Positions 1-40,236 of a stretch of 64,000 nt of DNA are shown in pieces. The notes below the pieces were generated by a model that saw only the letters and a list, made by a program, of their open reading frames with translations, was not told the origin of the DNA and searched no databases. The position numbers and the translations under genes were made by a program. Position 1 is the first letter of the stretch. Each line of letters starts with the position of its first letter. Source of the stretch: Amoebidium appalachense (lineage: Eukaryota; Protista; Ichthyosporea); assembly GCA_963693365.1 (NCBI GenBank), contig CAVNZM010000011.1, forward strand, positions 8,607,937-8,671,936, read 5' to 3'.

Positions 1-4
1 TATA

Positions 5-222
5 TTCATAAATGCATGGGTGGGTGTATCCTAAATTCATAAATGTATGGATGGGTGTTTCCTAAATTCAAAAGTGTATGGGTGGGTGTTTCCGAAATTT
101 ATATGTTATTTATTTTATTATTATTATTAATCTATTTATATATTATATTCATAAATGCATGGTTGGGTGCTTCCTAAATTATATATTTCACATTCATAAA
201 TGTGTGGGTGGGTGTTCCTTTA
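5..222. repeat. ~31-bp minisatellite (ATTCATAAATGYRTGGGTGGGTGTTTCCTAA)
   Basis: About five degenerate copies. Confidence 0.7.
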
Positions 223-567
223 AATCGTGTGTGTGTTGGTGCTTTTATAGCATCATAACGTGATGAATTGGGTCAGGTTTTTAAATCTTCTTAAGATGAT
301 CCCTATCTTGATGATGTTTGGACCCCCCCCCCCCCCTCCCCCCCCCCCCCCCCCCCCAAAAAAAAAAAAAAAAAAAGAAAAAGAAAAAAAAAAGAAAAGA
401 AAAGAAAAGAAAAGAAAAGGAAAAGGAAAAGGAAAAGGAAAAGGGGGAAAAAAAAAAAAAGAAAGAAAGAAAGGAAGGAAAAGAAAAACGAAACGGAGGG
501 GAATGGTCAGAAATATCTGCTTAATTGTCCGTCGTGGATGTATAAATAATACTCTGTAACACATTCA

Positions 568-598
<31 letters not shown>

Positions 599-600
599 GC

Positions 601-674
<74 letters not shown>

Positions 675-682
675 ACTCCCAG

Positions 683-7332
<6,650 letters not shown>

Positions 7333-7346
7333 ATGACGACATGTGT

Positions 7347-7389
<43 letters not shown>

Positions 7390-7420
7390 TGCATGGGTGT
7401 GGGTACGTGGGTGGTTGGTG

Positions 7421-7458
<38 letters not shown>

Positions 7459-8518
7459 TGCAGCCCTTGCGCATAGACCAGGTTATAAAGTATTATCAAA
7501 AGAGTATTTAGATTTATTTACGTAGTTGATTATTGCACATGCAGTTAAAGTCATATCATGAAGACGCTGGTGTATTGTACAATATCACAAAATACGATGT
7601 TGGTGTCCAGGGATATTAGCAGTTGAATGAAAGTCATTTAGTTTAGACGAATAGGGTCTAGGATATTTGTTTGTTCATGTTTCTTCAAAATATTACTGCA
7701 TGTGGGCGGGATTCGACACCTAACGACTTGATCTCTCTTGACGTGTCTTTCCCCGTTTTTCCAGTTGCTTTTTTTATTTCCCTTTCCAGTTCTCCTTTGC
7801 CTTCAAATAATCCATTGTTTTCCGGGAATTTTTTTATTTTGGCAGACAGGAACAAGGGACATGTGGGTATTCATGCCGAGACAGTACGAAAAAAATATAA
7901 CAGTCGCTGGGTTCAGAGGCTCCACTAGAAAAATAGTTTACACAATGAGAACATCTTTTGAATATCTCTTGAATGCCACTGGTTGGCTGAGATATGATGA
8001 TGTGAATACTTGATGAATACCGCTTGAATACCTCGGTATTCAACCGGTTGTGTACATGTACATGTGTACAATATATATACCCACTGTGAATACGTTTGTG
8101 GCCCAAACCATGGCAGGAGAATCAAATTCTCTACCAAGAAATACAGAGTATGTGCATTGCAGCACTGTTGCACGTATGAGTAAGGCTGAGCCCTATTCCT
8201 ACTTTTTTAATTGTCACGATAAAAAAATTGTTTGGCGTGCAAAACCTTCAATTCACTATAGTGCTATGGCTTCTAGCTGAATTGTTTGACTGCGCCATTT
8301 GTCCGATGATGATGTGGCCTTCGGAATGTTCATTCTGAAACAAACATGTCGTTAACAAACATACATGTCATATATACAAACATATACAAGCCGTCAATAA
8401 ACATTCATGCATATGTCTTTAATAACTTGGCAGCACATTCGATTCCCCCCCTTTCTGAAACTCACAGACATTGAATACTCAACAAGGTATCATACACCTC
8501 CTTCACATTGGGGTACTC

Positions 8519-8554
<36 letters not shown>

Positions 8555-8655
8555 ACACACACACCACCACCACCACCACCACCATGTGTGCCATACATGA
8601 ACACACACAGGCACACGCACGTATACACACTCATACTCACACGAACGCACGCAAG

Positions 8656-8712
<57 letters not shown>

Positions 8713-8752
8713 ACACACACCTTCGACCACACACACACACACACACCTTCGA

Positions 8753-8834
<82 letters not shown>

Positions 8835-10702
8835 ACAAACACACACACGTACGACACACAGACACACACACACACACCCTTTCAGGCTGACACACACTCG
8901 CTCTTTCTCCAGGCCCCCAATTATGCTCATGCACCATAGACACAGGAATTTCTTCACTCGCACACTATTATATCTCTAAAATGCACACATTAAGCACGGT
9001 GCCGAAATTAAACTAATTGCCCGACAAGCAAGAGGGTCTTCGAGGTTCAATATTAGTTACAATGCATAAGATGCGCAACAGAGATTTCTGTTTGTAGCAG
9101 TTACGAGACATGAACTTGACCAAAAAAAGAAAAAAAAAAAGAGAGAGAGAAAAGAAAAGAGAAATCATAGGCCTATAGGCAATGACAAATCTACATGTCA
9201 CAATTACAAGCTTGAGGCTCTAAAAACTCGTTAGAATGTTTTTTGTGTTTGGTTGCATGTCACGGCACACACACCAGGAGGGTGCTGAGAAGGGAAGAGT
9301 AACCCCCCCCCCCTCCCCCACCCCCCCTCCTGCACTCGGTTCGACACCTGCTGCCCACACTCTACCACGTGCAGAGCTCTAGTTGGCAACACACCACGTT
9401 TGACTCCGTAGCAAGAGCCCAATGCTCACATCAAACTTGCTTTAAACCGAGTTTTTCTGCAAAAAGCAGAGTTTTTCTGCAAAAAGCAGTTATTCTGCAA
9501 AAAAATGAATATTCCGCAAAAAGCCGAATTATTCTGCATTTTTCTTAAACGAAGATAACTCGCTGCCAGGAGCAGAGAAGTTCTCAGTTTTTGCAAAACA
9601 GTTCAGATGATAATTCTGCTCTTTGCTGAATAATTCTCCCTTTTGCAAAATAATTCTGCCCATTTTTACATTTTAATAGCAGAATACTTATGTTAAGTTT
9701 GCAGAATGATTTTTCTCGGAGCAAACTAAATTCTTGCTGATGTGGTTGTGTCCTCTCCGTTACGTTTTTTTGCGAAGCATCGGACCGATTCTTACTTTTT
9801 TGAACCCACATCCGGTCCGATTCATCGGATTTATTCATGCTAATAATATTATTATTTCATGCTAGGTACTAATAATCATCATTATTATTATTATTGGCGA
9901 TAGATTTAGTTAGCAACACTAGCTCATGGCTTCTCACGGCCCGGTGTGAAAATTCCGCATGAGTGCCTCCACGAGCACACACACACATGCTTGCACAAAA
10001 ACAAAGTCTTCTAAAGGAACAGCAATAGAATAAAAACGAGACCCGCTCAAGGTGTTGCCGCTTCTGTTTGTCCCCCCCCCCCCCCCCCCCCTCCCCTTCC
10101 CGGGATCTCCCCCCCCCCCCCCCCCTCCGGAACCCCTGCCACGGTGTTAGGCTAGGCGCATGTTGCAACATGAACATACCCCGGGCACAGAGTCAGCCCG
10201 ATCATCATCATCGGATATGGTTCTTAACTCACGCTGCTTCATCAAGGCCACACTGTATTATTAAAAAGTTGCCAATCATTCTGAAATCCAACGTACGCTG
10301 CTCGTATCTTCTGAAAGGCCGGATCTCGTGCGCCTTAATCGTGATCATGATAACAGCAGCCATATGAATCCTCCCTCCCCCCCCCCCCCCCCCTCACCTC
10401 ACCTCCCTCTCCCCCCTCCCCCCCCCCCCCCCCCCCCCCCTGCCGCCGCCCCCCCTGCTGGTCCCCCACACGTCGGAAAATCACTTTTCCACTTTCCCGT
10501 TTCCCATAGTAGTATACCTCCGGCTATTTCATTGTTTTCCAGGCTAGGACCTGTCTGCCCCAGCCTTGCTCTTAACGTTGGTCCAGAAACTTTGTGCCCG
10601 AGTGCCCCACGCGCGCTTGGGTGAAGCAATACAAAATGTGGAAGTCATAGTAGATATCTCAAGGAGAGTGTCATCACACAAATGTGGCCTATATCCTCTC
10701 TC

Positions 10703-10952
<250 letters not shown>

Positions 10953-11704
10953 CCACCCCCCCCCCCCCCCCCCCTCTCCCCCCACACGCCGCGCCCCCCC
11001 CCCCCCTCCCCCCTCTCTCTCCCTCTCTCTATCCCTCTCTATTTATCTGTTTGTGTGTGTACATGTGTGTACGTGTATGTGTCTGTGCTGCGTGTGTGTG
11101 TGTGTGCCTATGCGTGTTTGTATGTGCTTGCGTGTGTGTGAATGCATGTGCGCTTGGTTGTGCCTGTACGTGTACGTATGTATGCGTCGGTGCTTGTGCT
11201 AATTAGTACAACTTGTCAGAGGATGTGCGACTGTGCGTGTGAGTGTGCGTGTGCATAAGGACGTGTGTGTGTGTGTTTGCATGTATTTGCTCGAGTGGGT
11301 TTGTGTTGTTGGCGTGTGTACACGTGGTGGTGACGCTGGCGGTGTAAGCGTGGAAACTTACCACTCTGACTCGCCGCTTGCACCCGGGGATTCTGGCTAT
11401 CAGCGCGCCATCTCTTTGGAATGTCGAATAAATCACTAACATTATTATGATTGGTGAGCCAAAGATTACACATCCATTTGATTGGGTTACAGTCCCCGCG
11501 TTTATGAACATTTTCTGCCTCGTGCCTCTCAGTTTGAGGCCACGCGTGCAACTTCGTGCGCACACAAAGTAAAGCATTTTTCTTTTAGGTGTGAAGCGAA
11601 AAGAAACTATAGCAGGAATGCACCCTATTGAATATAAAGCCTTTCTACATCACACGTATTAGCACCTTGTTTTGGTCACAACTGCATGCATTTTATGCTA
11701 GGAG

Positions 11705-13894
11705 ATGTGGCTCGCGCACGAAGTGGGAAAAATGGCCATCAAGATGGTGCAAGTCGTAGTTTTGGTTCTTTGTGTTTCTTTTGGTGTTTGGGTGAGTGGG
11801 GAGGGCACACCACAAAAACAAACAAGCAAGCAACTATCCCGCATAACCCCCAAATACTTCATGCCTGATGATTCGCGAACACAACTAGGGGTAGTGCTAA
11901 AAGCGTTGCACCAGCTAGGAATGCCCGAGGAAAAGGGGGTAAATCTCAACGAAAGTGTAAACACAAACGACAAATGGGCAGTAGCAGTCGCCACAAAACC
12001 CAAATGGGACCTATTGTGGTCTTTTCGCCCTGTTCCATACGCGCAGATTGGGTTCCTCTACGAACATCAAAAGATCAACCACATACCGGGCACGCGTGTT
12101 TTCACCACCAAGCAACGGCTGGTGAACTCCTATCGAACCCTTCGTAAACGTTATGGCCCCTCGAAATTCGATTTCCTTCCAGAACATTTCATTCTCCCCA
12201 GGCAATTACCAGAGCTTCAAGAGGCGATGAACAGCCAGAACCCAGGGAAGGGAAGACCGAACGATCCGGATTACGGGAAAAGATGGCTAATTAAGGCAAA
12301 ATCACACCGAGGGGTGAAGTTCATTTCGAGCCCAAACCAACTGACAGAACTCTTGGGAGAGACCGAGAAGCTCCTAGAACAGCAACAAAGGCGGCGGCAG
12401 GGGGCGGGAGTTGCGGTGGAGAAGGAGGGGGCGGAGGATGAGAAAGGGGTGGTGGCATTGGCGGCGCGACTAATCGAGCCGTTGCTCGCGAGGGGGCACA
12501 AATTCGACGTGGGTTTCTATGTGATGGTGGCAGGCGTAGACCCCCTGCGAATTTTCGTATATGACAACGTGCTGTTGAGAGCGTGTAAATTGCCCTACCC
12601 GACACCTATAACGTCGAAATCCCCCGTGGAAAGTTACGTGGTTGATGAGTATAAACCCCCCTGGGACATCCCGGAATTCGGAAAGTTTTACCCAGAGATG
12701 GGGAAACTGGGAAAGGCGGAGGGGAGCGACCATAAACGAGCGCTAGTAGATTTCATGGACAGCAAGGGTTTGAGCGGGGAGGGGTTTATATCGCAAGCGC
12801 ACAGTGCAATCGTGAAATTACTAACGGGGGGTCGCTATACGCTACGAGAGGGAATCAAGAAAATGAACAAGCAGTTGGGTCTTTCGTTGGAGGATAACCC
12901 ACGTACCGCGCCGCCCAATGAAAACGAAGAGACTCCCCCTGGTTCCTTCCATTCTCGAAATTTCTTCGAGCTTTTTCGGTTCGATTTTGCCGTTGACGAC
13001 ACGGGGAAGGCGTGGCTTCTGGAGGTAAACCTATCCCCCAATTTGCAGCCGAAATTTTTCAACACGGGGTCCGACGCGGAAATGAAGCATTTGGTCGCAC
13101 GTGACGTTATCCATTTGGTTGGGCCGGTGGGGGGGGCCGGGGCGGCGCAATCGGAACACATTCCACATCGGTTGTACTACAACGAAACGGGCAAACTTCG
13201 GCCCTACTGGGTGAAATTCTGTGCGGAAAAGTGCGAAATCATGCAAAATACCGACAATCCGCACTGCTGGCCCTGCCCCGGGTGGTTCCTGGCCGATGAA
13301 TCGACGGCACTTTCACAGTTTGTCGGCGAATATACGCGCCGTGGAAATTTTACACTGCTCTACCCGCCTCTGAGGAGGGTAGAAGAAACGCACCCGTCTC
13401 GCGGCGTCGCAGCTACGGAGACGCGGAGGGATAAGGCACTTAGGAGGTATTTGGATGGGGCTCTATGGGCGAAAAATGTTTGGAAATTTCGCGGGAAGGC
13501 GGATGGAGCCCCCGACACGGAACCGGTTGTGTGCTCGCAGAAGGCACATTGTGGGTATAGGGGGGACTGTAGTGCGGGAAAATGTTGGTGCGATGAAAAA
13601 TGGGGGGGTCCCACATGTCACATAAGGAAATATCTGGAAAATGAAAAACCAGCGGTGGCTCCTAAAGTTGTGACGCCTGCCCCCGCCCCTTTGAGTGCGC
13701 ACAGTGATTTGGAGGAGTTGTCTGGGGGGAAAGTGAGCGAGACGCACGTGTATAGCGGGATTAGGGCTGGTGGTGTGAATTTGGGGGGGTTTAAGCTATT
13801 TTTCTTGCTTGTGTTGGCTGCTTTTCTGGTGGTGAGGGGGAGGAAAGGGGCGGCGGGGATTGTTCGAATGGTGACTAGGCGAAAGAATGTTTAA
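11705..13894 (+). CDS. Intronless tubulin-tyrosine-ligase-like (TTLL15-like) ATP-grasp protein with predicted signal peptide, EGF-like module and C-terminal TM helix
   Basis: 729-aa clean ORF (start may be ATG 11732). TTL motifs KINHIPG..FTTK, FDFLPEHFILP, WLIK..SHRG, KFDVGFYV..DPLRIFVY, FELFRFDF..D..GKAWLLEVNLSPNL. Hydrophobic N-terminus; CSQKAHCGYRGDCSAGKCWCDEKWGGPTC; FKLFFLLVLAAFLVV followed by RGRK. Confidence 0.9.
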   Translation: MWLAHEVGKMAIKMVQVVVLVLCVSFGVWVSGEGTPQKQTSKQLSRITPKYFMPDDSRTQLGVVLKALHQLGMPEEKGVNLNESVNTNDKWAVAVATKPKWDLLWSFRPVPYAQIGFLYEHQKINHIPGTRVFTTKQRLVNSYRTLRKRYGPSKFDFLPEHFILPRQLPELQEAMNSQNPGKGRPNDPDYGKRWLIKAKSHRGVKFISSPNQLTELLGETEKLLEQQQRRRQGAGVAVEKEGAEDEKGVVALAARLIEPLLARGHKFDVGFYVMVAGVDPLRIFVYDNVLLRACKLPYPTPITSKSPVESYVVDEYKPPWDIPEFGKFYPEMGKLGKAEGSDHKRALVDFMDSKGLSGEGFISQAHSAIVKLLTGGRYTLREGIKKMNKQLGLSLEDNPRTAPPNENEETPPGSFHSRNFFELFRFDFAVDDTGKAWLLEVNLSPNLQPKFFNTGSDAEMKHLVARDVIHLVGPVGGAGAAQSEHIPHRLYYNETGKLRPYWVKFCAEKCEIMQNTDNPHCWPCPGWFLADESTALSQFVGEYTRRGNFTLLYPPLRRVEETHPSRGVAATETRRDKALRRYLDGALWAKNVWKFRGKADGAPDTEPVVCSQKAHCGYRGDCSAGKCWCDEKWGGPTCHIRKYLENEKPAVAPKVVTPAPAPLSAHSDLEELSGGKVSETHVYSGIRAGGVNLGGFKLFFLLVLAAFLVVRGRKGAAGIVRMVTRRKNV

Positions 13895-14018
13895 TGCAAT
13901 CACACACCAGCCATATATCGGTATGTGAAATGGCACCCTTTTTTATGTATCGTGGTGTATTTATTTGCATGTGAGATAGTAACTTCTGATGCATAGGGGT
14001 GTGTTTATGACACCATCA

Positions 14019-14062
<44 letters not shown>

Positions 14063-14128
14063 TTGGGACGGGCAACACACATGCTCGGACATGCAGTCAC
14101 ACGAGTAGAAGGCACACTTCAACATGTA

Positions 14129-14244
<116 letters not shown>

Positions 14245-14316
14245 ATATACACACTTCCACACACTCGCATACATGCACGCACACACGCGCACATGCAAAC
14301 ATATTTGGAGACCCAC

Positions 14317-14349
<33 letters not shown>

Positions 14350-14633
14350 ATGCACACAATCAGTACATGTCATTGCATTATTATCGGTCGCTTCTTTCTT
14401 AATCTTCTTACTCGTCTGTTTACCGGGCAAACAAAAAAGCCCCCTCAACTAAACAATTCGGCTTCCTAGACTGTTCTAATCGTACATTTAAAAGTCTAAT
14501 ATTAGAAGTTACTACTGTAATGTAAATTTGCAGTCTGAAGATTGATGTGTTCATCGGACTATCCATTGGTATGAATGAAATGGCAGGCAAAAGCAAGCGT
14601 CTCGTTAAGTCACTTTGCCCCCCCCCCCCCCCC

Positions 14634-14701
<68 letters not shown>

Positions 14702-14807
14702 TTTTCCCTAGAAGCCCCGTCTCCTGAGTTCCTATCTATATTTTTCTTGCTTCTGCTTGCTGCTGCAACTTTAACCTCCGGCCTTTCCCACTGCCCTTGC
14801 CTGCATA

Positions 14808-15041
14808 AGCAACCCTGCTCGTCTCTGATCAAGACGGGTGACCTACTCATGTTCAAGTGAAACAGTATCTGAGTTGGGTTTCGTTAACGAGGGGAATAGG
14901 TCGAAACTCGGGTACTGTGGATGACGTGGGCCCCCCCTGAGGATGGGCTCTGCTTATTATGCATACTCTTTATGTATGGCTTGCATTCTGCATCGTGTTA
15001 TCCGTTTGTTCTTGTGTACTTCGTACTTTTTGACGCATTCA

Positions 15042-15043
<2 letters not shown>
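14808..15043 (+). mobile_element. Poly(C)-associated element, subfamily B, long copy
   Basis: Near-identical to 33502-33674 and similar to 19391-19550(-) and 35172-35382. Ends GCATTCAAA + (C)n. Confidence 0.85.
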
Positions 15044-15076
<33 letters not shown>

Positions 15077-15451
15077 CTCCTTCCCAGCAGCCATCATCAC
15101 ACATACACTACACAGTGATCATCTTTGTGTGGTACTCTAGATCTGAAACGTATTCTACGATCTCCTTCCCCCTCCCGCACACAAACACACACACACGTAC
15201 ACATTCACCACATTCACGTGCGCACAAACACACACACAAAAATACATACACACACGCGCGGACACACCCATAACCCCCCCCCCCCCCCCCCCCCCCTCCC
15301 CCCTCCCCCTCCCTCCAAATTCATTTGCTAGCCATACGGAACCCATTATTACCCTGGCACTGTTTAAGGGTCTCCCATCTTCCTGCTGTCGTGTTGTGCA
15401 CATGTCTTCTCCCCCCCCCACCTCCAACAACCTCATCCCTCTCCCCCCCTG

Positions 15452-15727
15452 CACCCTGCTCGTCTTTGGCCGAGACGGGTGGACTCACCTATTGCTGTTG
15501 AAACAAAGATGGGTTGGGAACCACGCGCGAGAGGTTAAAGAGCCTAAACCCATGCTTTTGTGGAGGCATAGGAAGTTTATTAGGAACCCCCCTGATGATG
15601 GGCTCTGTTCAAGTGTCTTCTGCCTGCACGCTTAAATTGTTTGATTTTGGATTTCCCACTTTTGTGACGCTTTGTTGTTGCTCTTTGTTGTCTCCTCCAT
15701 ATTTCCAACCCTCTAACGCATACATCA
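15452..15727 (+). mobile_element. Poly(C)-associated element, subfamily C, long copy
   Basis: Similar to 21600-21790(-), 2595-2750, 47085-47275 and 47740-47812. Flanked by C-runs; shares CTCGTCT..AGACGGGT hairpin and CTGATGATGGGCTCTG with A/B. Confidence 0.8.
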
Positions 15728-15766
15728 CCCCCCCCCCCCCACCTCCCCCCTCCTCCCTTTCCCCAC

Positions 15767-26100
<10,334 letters not shown>

Positions 26101-26715
26101 GTTGGTGATGTTGCTGAGATGGAATACAAGGCTTCTCATATAATGAATGAGCCTGGATGGTCACGGTGGTTCTTGTTTCGGTAGACTGAGTGACGAAGGC
26201 CAAGCGGAATCAGAAATTTCGATATTTTTCGCGCGCTTTTTGAGCGTTTGCGTAAACATTGATGCATTGTAAGCCAATGGATAACTACTTAAAATAGCCA
26301 TATATAGATAGAATAAAGAGCCCACAAGCAAAGATCGTTCAACAAAACTTGATTGACGCGGTGACGGCAACAGAAAGAACACAGTACAGTTCACTTCCTT
26401 CATTTTTTTTTTTTGTGTCTGTTCAAACTTTTGCTAAGAGCAAAAGAGGGAACTTGTTAGTTGCATACACGTCAGAGGAAAAAAACCTAAGGGAAGTTAT
26501 ATAGCTCACATAACGTTGAGTTATATAGTGTAGTGTTATATAGAAGCTATAAAGAAGTTGGTCTAGTGCTACTTTTGGGGGGGTACAATTTGTCTTTTCA
26601 ACGGCCGTTACAACCGTTCATCTTCATCAGCCGCAGCCCGCAACGCTTCAAAGTTCCAGCCTTTCCGAACAGCCCACGATATTCCAGCCAGCCGTCTCGT
26701 GGGAGTAACGGTAGA
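26101..26715. promoter_or_regulatory. Probable bidirectional promoter/5'UTR region between divergent phosphatase and WDFY genes
   Basis: About 600 bp of microsatellite-free DNA between head-to-head start codons (26100 on -, 26716 on +). Confidence 0.5.
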
Positions 26716-37689
<10,974 letters not shown>

Positions 37690-38798
37690 GCCGCCAAACT
37701 TCGGGTCAACCTTTGGCGGTGTGGGGTGGGGGGGGGGGGGGGGGGGGGAGGGGGACATGAGTGTGGTGTGTGTGCATGGGTCGTACTGCGTCTGTGCGTG
37801 GGGGAACACCCCCCCCCCCTCCCCCCTCCCCCCTTTTTGCCCCTGCCTGCCTGCGTCACCTCAACTCCTTAAATATATTGGAATATGCTTCACATGCGCC
37901 TCTGGACATATAGAAACGTGTACCATTGATACTAATAACATTAACAACAAAATGCAAAACACGTCGCCCGTACAAGCGTGCAGGCCTGTTTACACTCGTT
38001 TACATCACAGATCTTTGCTGCAAGTCACACACGTCATACACGCCCAAGTTGCGCACGATACATACACGTTTATAGCAAAAGCACACACTTAGCACATGTC
38101 CGCATCTGATGACACCATGTCTTGTTTGGTGTATCTGTGACAGTAGGGGGTTATAGTCACTGCTCCCGGATTTTTTTTGTTTGTTTGTTTGTTTGCTCCC
38201 GGATTTTTTTTTTTTGTTTGTTTGTTTGTTTGTTTGTTTGTTTGTTTTTGGTGGTTTGTTGGATCTCAATGGTTGGATTGTTGAGGTTGCAGTGGCTTCA
38301 ATGAAAGGCTGTGGTGGCTTCACTTCATTGAGGTTTAGAGTGTATAATATTATATTAGTCACAAACGTAACTGATGATGTGTGAAATGGTTACATATGTT
38401 GTCATGGAGGCATGGTTGCTGTCAAATGTCAATAAAGTTTTGGTTGTGTCTGCCATGGTGTGCCTGCATACATTTGCCCTTACATGGGAAATCTTGATTA
38501 CGATGCTCACCAAGTACTCAAACGTACGTATGTTTTTGGATTCATACCGGCACATAAGTTGCACTTGGCTCCACCGGACCGACAATGAACGTCTATTCGG
38601 TATTAAAGTGGCTAATTGGCTGAAGGGCTCTTTGGGAAGGGTGCTGCACAATGTGGCAAAAAATAACGATATACGTGTTACAATCGACCTAAATTATGTC
38701 GACGAGCGGATGTTGTGTTATAGATCAAGTTGGTTATGTCAATTCTTCCCCCGTAGCTACGATCGACGTCCCCCCCCCCCCCCCCCCCCCTCCCCCCC

Positions 38799-39250
38799 TC
38801 CCTGAGGATGGGCTCTGCTTATGACGCATACTGTGCGCATGGCTATGTTGCATACTTGAATGTTTGCCTTTGCATGTGTCCTTTGTGTATGCGTACTTCG
38901 TACCGTGCTCCGCATTCAAACCCCCCCCCCCCCCCCCCTTTCCCCCTCCAAAAGAAAAAAAGAAAAAAAGACAATACTACACGGACACACACAGACACGT
39001 GTACACACACACACACAGAGAGAGAGAGAGAGGGAGAGAGAAAGAGCCATGCTGTGCGCATGGCTATGTTGCATACTTGAATGTTTGCCTTTGCATGTGT
39101 CCTTTGTGTATGCGTACTTCGTACCATGTTCCGCATTCAAACCCCCCCCCCCCCCCCCTTTCCCCCTCCAAAAGAAAAAAAGAAAAAAAGACAATACTAC
39201 ACGGACACACACAGACACGTGTACACACACACACACAGAGAGAGAGAGAG
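38799..39250 (+). mobile_element. Partial tandem duplication of a subfamily A element together with its 3' flank
   Basis: ~38831-39030 is repeated at ~39052-39250, including the C-run, A-rich and CA/GA flank. Confidence 0.85.
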
Positions 39251-39861
39251 AGCGTAGCACGGGAGAGAGAAAGAGAGAGAGAGAGAGATGCGGGGGGGGG
39301 GGGGGGGGGGGGGGAGATCTAGAGAGAGAGAAAAGAGAGGGACAGAGAGAGGGGGAGTGAGAGCAGTGAGAGGGAGAGGGAGAGAGGGAGACCCCGAGAT
39401 CAAAAGCCCCGCTTCAAGTGCAGGGCAGAACCGGGTGCCGGTGTGCCCTTCCGCAGGAGTGTTGTGAACACGGTCGGACCCGGACTACTGATGAAGAACA
39501 TGTACAGGCGTCAAAAAGACCTAAAGCAAAGGGAAAACAAAGCACCGTATTCACATGTACATGCAGAAACTGGAAGTGTGTGCACGTGGACGCTGGTGTT
39601 CTGCCTCTACATGTGCAGAAGCCCTCCGGCATAATTGGATCCTCACCAACAAGTGGCACTATAGCGGCCATGTCCGTTTCTTTTTGGGCCTTTAAATTGG
39701 ATACCGTGGCACCGTATCCATATATATGGTCCGGGGATGTACATGTTCGTATTGTGCGGGACTGGCAGAAAAATCCCCCCCCCCCCCTCCCCCCCTCACC
39801 CCCCTTCCCCCCCCCTCCCCCCACCCACACACACCACCACCTGCACCACCACGACCACACA

Positions 39862-39922
<61 letters not shown>

Positions 39923-40098
39923 CGCAGTTGTCCCCGATGATAAATAAACGGCAAGAACATGTACTTCGACCTCGAGTCTTTCTTTATTAATATTTATTTT
40001 TTTCCCCTTTTCTTTTTCTTTTTTTCTTTCTTTTTTTCTTTTTTGGTGGTGGTGGTGGTGGGGTGGGGGTGGGTGGGTGGGTGGGTGGGTGGGTGGGT

Positions 40099-40136
<38 letters not shown>

Positions 40137-40196
40137 GGGGGGGGGGGGGGATGGGGTGCCTCAATACGTATACAGTACGGAACCTGCGATCTCTCT

Positions 40197-40236
<40 letters not shown>

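Noticed and set aside
9420-9750. TTCTGCAAAAA repeat cluster as a MITE
   Set aside because: Only patchy inverted similarity, with no definable termini or TSD.
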